Source of the DNA: Octopus bimaculoides
Taxonomy: Eukaryota
NCBI RefSeq assembly: GCF_001194135.2
Contig: NC_068982.1
Location: forward strand, 20,699,691-20,763,690
Length of the DNA stretch: 64,000 nucleotides
Direction of reading: 5' to 3'
A program made the translations under genes and the position numbers. Numbering within the stretch: position 1 is the first letter of the stretch; each line of letters starts with the position of its first letter. This document shows, in pieces, positions 53,475 to 64,000 of this stretch. The notes beneath the pieces were generated by a model. The model was not told the origin of the DNA. It saw nothing but the letters and a program-made list of their open reading frames with translations, and did no database searches.

Positions 53475-53660
53475 TAGAAGGAGGTGAACAATTCTGCGGT
53501 TTGGTGCAGTCAATGGCGAACTGGTACGTCTTTTATCGTCCCTTAATGGATGAAAGGTAAGTCGGTCTCGGTGTCACTTCAACTACTAGTGTCAAGTTGA
53601 AAGTAATGTCGTTTAGGATTTTGTCCGGACCGCTAACGTTCTGCCAACTCGCCATCTTAA
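53475..53660 (-). mobile_element. SINE family B
   Basis: ctggtacgtcttttatcgtcccttaatggatgaaaggtaagtcggtctcgg...ctaacgttctgccaactcgcc. Confidence 0.75.
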
Positions 53661-55545
53661 ATATTGATATCAGTTAATTTTTATTGAATCAACGTGGTAG
53701 AGGCAGAATGTTGACACAAATTATTAGCATTCTACAGATTTATATATAATAGCGATATCAGTGTTTTTTTCCACTGTGTGTTGAAAGATAAGAAATGTTG
53801 GCGTGCAACCACTTCTTATGTTTTAGTGACCACAGATATAATGTATGGGTTAACTGATTTCTTGGTGGAGAGATAGAAATCTGTTTCGTAATATCATATG
53901 TAATCCATAATCTTTACGACAGCAGGATTTATATAACCACAGCAAGTGTGTATACGCCAGCAAGGTTTATGTAGTATATGTGTGTTAGCATTGTTAAAAT
54001 GTTTACCAACTGGATACTACTGACATAGGGCTATCCTATACACTGGTTCCGATTTCTTGAAAAGATGAAGTGTCACTGATCGTATACTCGAAACTTACAT
54101 TTGGAACATACACATTTAGTTCTCTTTAATAAATTCATAAATCATATTTATTTTCGCAGGTGTGCTCTACGACAGTACCTGCCATGTTTTGAATTACTAT
54201 TTTCATATTAACTCATTATTTTAACTTACACGTTTTGAACATGTTTCAATAATGGTTTACAATATAACTTATTGACAATAAGTCATACATATTAAAACAT
54301 TTTAACGAAACAGTACAACATTTTTTATATATTTTCCAAGTTGACTGAAATCGTTTGAAATATTTTGATATTTCCACTTACACACGTGATGATATCTACA
54401 CTTCCGAGCGTATATAATCAAACAGGTATGAAAAATACATCCAACATAAACGCAAATGTGCGCATGAAACACAATTTGCTTCTACACACTGAAAAATAAA
54501 AATTAATATTAAACCACAGAATGTGGACAAAACTACCACAAGCGAATTTTACTGAATATATCGTGTGATTCGCATGAAATAGGATACGCGTATTCAAATT
54601 GAAAATATTAGGAGAGTTCTCAAAAAGTATTAATTAATATTCTTAATTTGCCTTGTAGATAAATAAAGGATGAGTATATTTGTTAGTTTCAGATGTACAC
54701 ACAAAGTGCATAAAATTTTATGAACAACAAGTCACTGGAATTAAAGAAAATCTCTACTTGCTGTAACGTAATTTCTCTTTTCTAGCTGTCCCTATCATAA
54801 TCTCCTACATTAATATGAATGAGTTCATTTACATAGATGATAGAGCAACTAATTCTAAAGACGGCAGGACAAATACATAACCTGGTCTTAAACGTGTCGA
54901 GTTTGAGACTATAGAATATTAATTTTGTTAATAACCGACTATTCGTCTCTAAGAATATAGCTGGTCCGAAGTATGGTACTAACGTAATACTCGCTTGCAT
55001 TTCAAGCACATGCTTAGGAATAACGATTGAATGATTTTAAATAATATTTAGTAAAACGTTCAGAATCATAACTAATTAACTGTACTTGTTTGGGCTACAG
55101 ATTTAATTTCACTCCTATTGTAGCTTCATTGATGATGCTTAATTTTGAGGAGTTCAAATGCTCAAAACAGTTCTAATAGTCCACATATATTACATCCCGC
55201 TTTATATAGCAGCAACTCATGTTATTTTTCTCGTTGTCAACTGGGAAACCCAATGAAAATCGCTATGAGCTCATCTTACTAAAGCATAGCATTTTTAAAT
55301 GATGAAAACTGCACCTTCTTACCAGTCATACACTTTACATAGATACAACAATCTTCTATTCACAAACACCTGACGACAATATGCTGTTAAATGTGTTGTT
55401 GTTCCGAATATATTTATTTATTTCCTATATCACAAATGATTTGTTCATTTTCGATGGGAAATATTGCATTTATGATTATATGATAGATAATTAATAAATC
55501 TGTGTTTGTTAATCTGCTTCAGATGAATAAAATCTCAGAATCTGA

Positions 55546-55547
55546 CC

Positions 55548-55579
<32 letters not shown>

Positions 55580-55706
55580 GCACACACACGCACACACACA
55601 CACAACCACACACACGCACACACACTCTCTCTCACACACGCGCGCACGCGCACGCGCACAACACACACACACACACACACAAACACACACACGCACACAC
55701 ACACAA
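55546..55706. repeat. Imperfect (CA)n microsatellite
   Basis: Read directly. Confidence 0.95.
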
Positions 55707-56647
55707 TTCATATATCGCACTCTATAAATATTTCATTTTATCATACCCAATAGCAAAAAAATATTCCTGGAAATTACTATTGACTCAGAAAATTTTAAAA
55801 TTATATAGTTTTATAATGTGATATTTCTAAGAAATTTGGAAAATAGTACTTGCCATTTAATTGAGTCCGTTATACATTACTTCTGATATTTAGCAGTGGC
55901 CATTTCGCTTGGAAGTTTAGTAGGTGCTTACCATTCTCTGTTATAAGCTATTCACCCAAGTTTTCGAATTCCTTTGATATTATTGACAAAATACCTAAAT
56001 ATATGTTTTGTCGTCTCCGACATTATTTCTTCAGTCAGTCAAAGCTATATGGTTTATTACTTCATTGATGTAAGCATTTGCGTAATTTTCTTTTTTCTTA
56101 AAAAAACTACGAGAATTTCTTAAGTAGGTTGTTCATATTTCTTCTATATAATTGCTTTTTTTTTTTTTTTCAAATTTCCTATTATGCAGTGTCTGGGAAT
56201 GGGATTTCTTTCATGTACACTAGCCCATTAATATTTTCCTTCATCTTTTGGATAATCATAATAATTTATTTTCATGTCGAAGTCAGCAGTAGAAACTTAC
56301 ATTTACTACTCTTTATTAATACTTTCAATATATTTTTTTGCATTTCAGTTGTTATATATTGACTATTAACCATCCATTCATGCTTTATGTATTCGACAAA
56401 CATTCTTTTACGAACACACTGACATTCATATANNNNNNNNNNNNNNNNNNNNNNNNNNNNNNNNNNNNNNNNNNNNNNNNNNNNNNNNNNNNNNNNNNNN
56501 NNNNNNNNNNNNNNNNNNNNNNNNNNNNNNNNNNNNNNNNNNNNNNNNNNNNNNNNNNNNNNNNNNNNNNNNNNNNNNNNNNNNNNNNNNNNNNNNNATA
56601 TACATAAATAAATACACACAGACATATATTTATGTATATTTCTATGT

Positions 56648-56711
<64 letters not shown>

Positions 56712-57582
56712 CATATATATGAGTTTATACACATACATATATGTGTGTACATATATACATACATGTACATAGGCACATATTTCTGCATATACATATTTAT
56801 ATGCGTATAAATATATACGTATGTGTATATGTGTAAGTATGTAAATATATATTCCGAGACACACATTTACATGCGTACACACATATATCAACACATATCG
56901 TGCTATTCTGATCTTATGAAATGAAATAATTTTTTATGAAAACATTAAATATAAATTCTGGTGTAATGCATTTTGGAGCTACGTAAGTATTGTATTGTGC
57001 ATTTCATTTTTAAGCCAATTTTGATGAAGTTATTTTTTTCTTTTCTCATAATAAAATGCTTTAGGTTCTTTTATGTCGAAGAATCTCAAACTTATTTCGA
57101 ATAAGATTCAAAAATAGAACTCTGTCAGAAATATATAACATATTCAATATTGAGCATTAAAATTTATGACATAAATGTTCCTGGAATTTCTAAGTAAATT
57201 GTCATAATTTCTTATGCATTTTTCAGTGAATCGAAGAAATTAAGAGGAAATTTATAGCGAAATATTTCTGCAATTCTCCTAAGTATTGTAAATATGCATT
57301 GGTACGCTAGTGAAGTGCTGGTAATATTTTAATCGATTGTGTTATGCTCGGCAATTTGTTTTGCACTCATGCCATTGTTTTCGTAAACTCGATATGCAAA
57401 TTAGGCTAAGAGTAAATAATTATTAAGTAAGTAATTAAACTAAGGACATTTTTTTACGCAATAGAAATTCGCGTACCCTATTCTGAAAAAATACAGTTAT
57501 ATATATTTTTATACAGGTAAATACAGGTATGCTAACGCAAGAAAACACACATATAACAAAACCCATACGTATGTAAATATAC

Positions 57583-57799
57583 GCTGAATCTCTCTGAGAA
57601 ATATTTTGTGATTACGCGTGTCTGTAGAGTGTTCAGCCAGTTCCACGTTAATTTCACGATGAGGTCATTCGTTTGATACGATAAATTGGAACACACGTGA
57701 TCCAATCAATCAAACAGCTTGGTCTAGAAATTAACATGAAAATGGCAGAGCAATCCACAGACACGAGTAATCACAAAATATTTCTCAGGAAAATTCAGT
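57583..57799. repeat. 76-bp imperfect inverted repeat with a 65-nt loop
   Basis: 57583-57658 versus 57724-57799: 62/76 complementary by manual alignment, with a 32-nt core carrying one mismatch. Confidence 0.9.
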
Positions 57800-59049
57800 T
57801 TCACAGAGATTCTGACAAAGCTGGTCCTTTTTATTACAAGTACAACTTATTTGTGCCAGCTGAATGGACTGGACCAACGTGAAATAAAGCAATCGAGCTC
57901 ATGCCCTTACGAACCGAAACATAATACCTCAACCACTAAGCCACACACCTTCACGCACACACACACACATATACACACACACGCACGCACACATACACAT
58001 TCCTATACACATACACAAGTATAACAGTAGAAATGTAAAACACCTTCCCAATGTATATGTGATCCAGGTTAAAGTCCATGGTGTTTGTAAAACATGTACC
58101 ATGTATGAATCTAGGTAGTTATTGTCTATAATACCCTCACATTGATAAAAATATCCTTGCACTCAATGTACTTACGTAGTGAGAAAGATGACGATATTTA
58201 TGTTTGTAAAGCGTACTCGGTTATTCTCTTGGCACATGTGTTCCTGATCCTCATGTAAGTACTCGCAGAACATAATAATGCAGAGTAAAGCGCATTTTCA
58301 TCTTTTGGGTTAAAAATTCATATCTAAAATCGGATGTCTCTGTTTCAGTAGCAAAATGTATGCTAAGGCTATTATTAAATGGCATTGCACGATACTTTCA
58401 TCGAGCTCTTAGCCGAGTTCAAAATGGGCAACAGCATTAGTATCTCCAAAATATTTCTGTCCATTTAGTGTACTGAACATAATGATTTCCTTTGTAGTGA
58501 TGGGTATTGTATTTTTAAGCGTAGCTCTTTAGAACATTTCAATGTCTTCAACGATCTCAAGCGAGACTGTTCTTTTTCAAACAAACTTGATATTTTTCTT
58601 GGCTACGCTACTGAAATATAATTTCGGTAATGCAATAAGGTGGGTCCACTATGGTAGGCTCTTCATTATAATGACTTTTAAGGACCAGGAAAACTATGTG
58701 TATAGCTTACAAGAGATATGTAAATCGTTTATAACGCAACAACTGCAACCCATATACAGCAGAATGTTTTGTTAATGGCGGTGGTACATTACTTTTGAAA
58801 ATATTTCGGGCTATCTGTTAGTTTGAAAACAGCTACAAACACAATGTCGTTCATCAGTTAAGAGGCTAATTTACATTGTCAGTGACTATCTCTATCTGGA
58901 CCAAATGAATACAAAAGAATGAGAAACTCAACATCAAATCTTGTATGATTCGCGTCTTGCTGTGTAAAATACCACACTTGGCAGCTATCACTCACAGGAC
59001 TGTCTACAATGTCAGTATCGTAACACGATCCGTATAACGGATAGAAATT

Positions 59050-59300
59050 ATGTTTCAAGGCATTTTGGTTAGGAATTCTACCTCATAACATGAATAGATC
59101 CTGGAAAGGCACAATGCCCCAAGCAGAATTACTGTACCACACTGGATTTTCACTAGAAGCTGCGAAGAGGTTTGTCTTTGGATCACTTCCACCATATACG
59201 GTACAGTATACTTACTAACGATTTCCACTGTGAAGTTCAAAAACCCGGATAGAGAGATATTAACCATCCAATCTGCCTTACAACGATGCTTACAGGAGAG
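59050..59300 (-). mobile_element. Possible RTE-like LINE 3' remnant
   Basis: SIVVRQIGWL... weakly parallels QLRWLGH...; many stops. Confidence 0.3.
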
Positions 59301-59539
59301 AAGTAAAAGAGCCGACAGCTTTACAGAATATTGTGAGAGATGTGTATGTATCAGTTTGAGATAGTATGTTTTTCTAAATTAATATTACCAGACAAATGCA
59401 GGAAAAAATGAATATTTTTTGCACACGTAGAAAGGAGAATAGTTCGTTCATGTCTATGCCAAAAACACCACTTAGACTTGGCATTAGCGATAAAGACTAT
59501 CATTCCCGCATTGTTTTTTTTCTAAATCAAAGGCAGCAT

Positions 59540-60520
59540 TGATAAATGCTGAAAATTATAAAACAACAAATTTTCACGACCGATGTGGAGAATACATTTG
59601 TAATCATCGAATGTATTGTTTTAGTTGTGTCTTTCCGAATTTTTACCAACGGAGAAAAGACGATTACTAGGTTAAATACAAGGCCCAGATATTGTAATTG
59701 ACACAAGATATAACAGGATAGATTTGATGCAAATGTGCATGTAGTTAAACATGTATACATGTAGATGTGCATGTTTTTATATATTTATATCTATGTACGC
59801 CATATTGTATGCATACGCGCATATATACAAATTTATATAAGTGTATGCACGCATGAGTGAAAATATGTGCGGATTTAATTTCGTGTTAATCTTCGTAACT
59901 GTTACACGTTATTTGACTGTACATTTGATAACTTGTAGTTGCATTGCTCAATAATTATTGATAGGATAGATAGTAGAATTGAGATTTTTTGTCATGTCGA
60001 CATTGATTTTTTTTCACAAGACTTTTAAGGTTATGTTGACATCTACTGGACATCTATGTCAACTACTACACATAATTTCCACAGCACAATCCCTTAACGC
60101 TTGTTCTTTCATTTCATTGAGATTTTCGGCTACACACTTATGATGTTAATTTTAGAGATTTCACGTCGGATGGCGCCTCTTGATGATTTGCCAGCACTCC
60201 CTCCATATTCCATTTGGGTGTCAGGTATTTATGAATATCTTTTGCTCATGTATTGTTAGAGCATATATTTCAAAGTGAGAGTTAATATCCCATGAGTTAG
60301 TAGAGGATAAAGTCGCTGATCATCTTAGGTTTTTCATGAACTTCTGCTGTGTTTGTTCCCTAAATTAATATAGCTAATCATGAGCTAGTGCTGTTATAGT
60401 TTTGCAATCTCTATTGTGTTTTTGGGGTATTTGCTCTGAATGATTTGGATAACGTTTATGTATTTCTTTGGCTGTATATCTTTGATCTGGGAATGCTTAC
60501 ACATTTCCAACCTTCATATT
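59540..60520 (-). mobile_element. RLE-type retrotransposon remnant related to 11701-13050, with deletions and an internal insertion
   Basis: NSHFEIYALTIHEQK..HKYL; IVLWKLCVVVDIDVPVDVNITLK; ...STSVVKICCF at the C-terminus. Confidence 0.65.
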
Positions 60521-62084
60521 TGCTATATCTGACAAATGTGTATTTGCACATAACATCTTGCACAGCAAATACACAGATCTGTACCTGATGCCCAACTATT
60601 GTAGTAAAAGAGCTGTTAAATACTACATGCAAACCCTTCTATGTATTGCAAGTTTCACAACTATAGCACCGTTGACATATTTTCCTGTCAAAGTCCTATC
60701 GACATAAACAAACGGTTTTCCTACCTCGTTCTAGAAATACTCAGCTACATCGCAAACAATATGAACATTAGATATATAGAACATTTCATTACACACATAC
60801 ACACACACAATCATACACACACACAATTATACACTCGCACACATATAAATGAAAGCATATTTTGTGTTTCCAAATATTATGAATGCCATATCAAACCTTA
60901 ACACTGCGATACCTGTCTGAACTGAAATACAGAAAATAGTTACGTCGCAGCATTCGGGCTGCTCCATCGCAGAATATATTTGAAGGTGATATTATTTGTC
61001 AGATGGTGATTAACTTGTGGCTGTTAGTAAATTTTAGAAAAAGGTTTAATAAAAGCTCCTGAATGACAAATAAGATAACTGACACAGTAAATGAACAATG
61101 TGATTGATACTATTGAAAAAAACATTTACAAAACTACATGAAAAGACTGATTCTGCCGTTGATGATGGGCATTATGTTATATATGTAAGTACGCTTATTT
61201 CATGCGTTTAATGATGTTTTAATGAACTGTATCTAATTTCATTGGGAGTGTAGAATTAACTTTGGCACATGCCTACTTGCTTCAATGAATGTTCAGTATA
61301 CACAACTCTCTACATGTATTTTATGGGATTACTAAAGAGGGAGAATACAAACAGAAAACAATGGGTCAGTTCTTACAATGTTAAGTATTCTCTGGACGTC
61401 TTAATGTTGAATGTGTAACATCTGAAGAGTAGTTAGTCAGTAATGTGGAGGAAACACAATATCAGTCGAGTGAGGATTGAAATAAATATTACGTATTTTA
61501 AATATTCTTTAAATTTAAAGCGTATATACTTGCATATCTTATGTGGAATATTAGTCAACCTACACGAAACAATTCATTTTAAAACGTAAACATCCATGAT
61601 ACATTGGAGAAAGATTCATAGCGAAACAGCATCTACATTAATTACCATTGCCAAATTGCATTACGGAAAACACCGCATTCTATTTCTATGGCAGACGCTA
61701 CATTTTATTTAAATGCAATATATCAAATTTAACTAGGCTATTCTTGAATTTAAATATAGGTTACCACTAAGACTATAAAACAGATGCGATATTTGAAAAC
61801 TACGATTTGGCACACACTTTTACCTAGATAAAATCTATATCAATTATAATAGTTGATGCAGTAAACGATTTCAAATAATCTAAACATCAATAGAATCACC
61901 TCTTTTAAATTCATTTTTGAAAAAGGAATAAAGAATATATTTCAAATATAGAAATTGAAAGGAATAAATAATTTCAATCATGCATAAAGGGAAATTGCAT
62001 CCCTCAAGATTTATGAATAACACGTTTCAGATACGGAATTACTGAGAAATCATTATATATAAATGTGTGCGTGTGTGTGTACAT

Positions 62085-62108
62085 TCATATATATATATAT
62101 ATATATAT

Positions 62109-62178
<70 letters not shown>

Positions 62179-62215
62179 CCACATACACCACACACACACA
62201 CATGTATGTATGTAT
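62085..62215. repeat. (TA)n(CA)n microsatellite
   Basis: Read directly. Confidence 0.97.
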
Positions 62216-62462
62216 ATGCACTTATGTATTTATTATTGCGGTTTTATATCTGTGAGCACTGGAAACGGCTGATAAAATTAGGCCAATTTATATTTTATAA
62301 CGGGATATTGCTGCAAGTAAACTGAACAGTAGTAAGCCAATAAATAATCTATGCGATAATATAGCGAGTTTGTATCAGGGAATTGTGAAGAATATATGCG
62401 TATATATACATCACGTCAGCTCATAAAAAGTGAATTTTAATAATCATCTGTATGTTAATATT

Positions 62463-62660
62463 AAGACGGCGAGCGACCTGGGCAAGAAATTTAACAGCCT
62501 TTCATCTGTCATAATGTTCTGAGCTCAAATTCCGTCGAGGGAAACTTTGCTTTTCATCCTTTCGGGGTCGATTAAATATGTACCTGTTAAGCACTGTGAT
62601 AGATTTCATCGACTTATCAATCCATCGAAATTACTGGCCTTGTGCCAAAATTTGATTCTA
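62463..62660 (+). mobile_element. SINE family B, best-preserved copy
   Basis: gttctgagctcaaattccgtcgagggaaactttgcttttcatcctttcggggtcgattaaatatgtacc...ggccttgtgccaaaatt. Confidence 0.85.
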
Positions 62661-62769
62661 AAATTTGAATTGGATTTCGCTTGCGCATCGAAATTTCGTG
62701 CTCCATTATTTCTGCATAAATGTATCAACAGAATAATATTTCTGCAGTAGCACTTTGTACGTAACTTAC

Positions 62770-62808
62770 ATGAGTAGGAAGTTTTGATGTGAAAACTATG
62801 CCCCCATT
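62770..62808 (-). CDS. Candidate 39-nt symmetric exon (NGGIVFTSKLPTH)
   Basis: Acceptor caattctttttatcag, donor gtaagt, open phase 0-0 frame; no homology recognised. Confidence 0.3.
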
Positions 62809-64000
62809 CTGATAAAAAGAATTGCTTAAATTCTTTTCTTTGGAAATTATCTTTAAAGTTTTTAGACAAATTCTTTCTGAATTTTTTCCGACAACTCTGT
62901 TTATACTTGGAAGATGTAGCCACACAGCTCCATATATATATGAGGTTCGGAAATAAATTCCCGATAAGAAAATGTATATAGTTACTTAATACTGATTTTC
63001 AAAAATATAAATATTTATATTTATATATATAATTATATTTCACCTGTACTGTATAATTAATGAGAGTGTGGTCAACTGAACGATAAAATATTCATATATA
63101 ATACTAATTAAATACAAAATAACTTCCATTCAGCTTGTCATTTTCTGAGAATATTTATACTCTCGCATATCCCTGGTCTGCTATGATTTTGAAAATATGT
63201 TACACGATTCCAGGCAAAATGTCTATACTCGATGTATAAAATTCTAACTGAAGATATACTATATCTACATCCCAAAGAACTTACTCTACAAACTATCATA
63301 AATGCTGAGTGGTACGAGTGTCCAGTTTGCGCCGGGTGTAAAGATAATACTCGCTGTCTTGAGTCAATTTATATATGAAATGGTCGATGCAAGAGTGGTG
63401 TGAATACGTTCGTGCATTGAAGAATACGTTGGTACATACGTTGGTCCTGCATATTTGTATATTTGCTTATAAGTACGCAGGTAAAATTGGATGTGTGTTC
63501 CATTGTAATAAGCTTAGAGCAACCGGGATTATTGTGTTATTCATGGTGTAGTAAATAACAATCTGTTTATGTGTGTGTGATTTCTCGTGTGAATGTCTGT
63601 GGATAAATTATTATTTGTGTCTCTATATGCGGCAAAGAACATCATTCTTTTATTCACTCAAGCACGCGCACACACTCATACACTTACACACTCTCAGATT
63701 CACATACATATGTTTGTATTAATTTCCACAAGAAAATAAATTGTTCCTATTATGGTTAAACAAACCCAAGCTGAATAGCCTGCAATCATGACTAATGGAA
63801 GCTGCTATTGCTATTTCGCTTGCTATTTTCGTGTTTTGATAATCATAGCTATTTATCGACAAATTTGTATTTTTCTTGTGTAGACTTAAATACGGTTATG
63901 TGGATTACCTATCTAATCTTCAAGCATTATTTAATTTATGGTGAAGTTAATAGCTGTTTTCAGAACTCGGTCTCTTTGAAGACATTATGGAATATGGAAA

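Noticed and set aside
58168-58262. Segment bounded by GTAAGT donors on both strands (plus-frame EKDDDIYVCKAYSVILLAHVFLIL)
   Set aside because: Weak acceptor and only an 8-bp inverted match; cannot be distinguished from chance
58540-58700. Possible L2/CR1-group RT fragment (SQARLFFFKQ)
   Set aside because: A single short motif amid stops is insufficient
60973-61005. NIFEGDII resembling the astacin propeptide FEGDI motif
   Set aside because: Weak donor and no other astacin exon found; likely chance

Overview
AT-rich animal genomic DNA with many microsatellites and 13 assembly gaps, most of them flanked by (TA)n or other simple repeats. The SINE families and repeat landscape point to an Octopus (coleoid cephalopod) genome; this is inferred from remembered repeat consensus, not from a search. 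No host protein-coding gene can be confidently identified, and most listed ORFs are microsatellite or N-gap artefacts. The window is mainly decayed mobile elements: two tRNA-derived SINE families, two DD37D (maT) Tc1/mariner copies, an internally deleted mariner, a near-full Chapaev3-like transposon, three RLE-type non-LTR retrotransposon remnants, an RTE-like 3' end, and several Penelope-like (GIY-YIG) remnants. The most interesting signals are at the RNA level. There are minimal hammerhead ribozyme motifs, one with an intact core at 46379-46413 and a two-copy family at 6.7 and 9.9 kb. There are four long foldbacks that could form dsRNA (9.8, 20.4-21.3, 35.2-35.7 and 57.6-57.8 kb). A 78-bp near-identical duplication has ends that coincide with putative splice sites. 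I found no demonstrably new biological system; these are testable leads.
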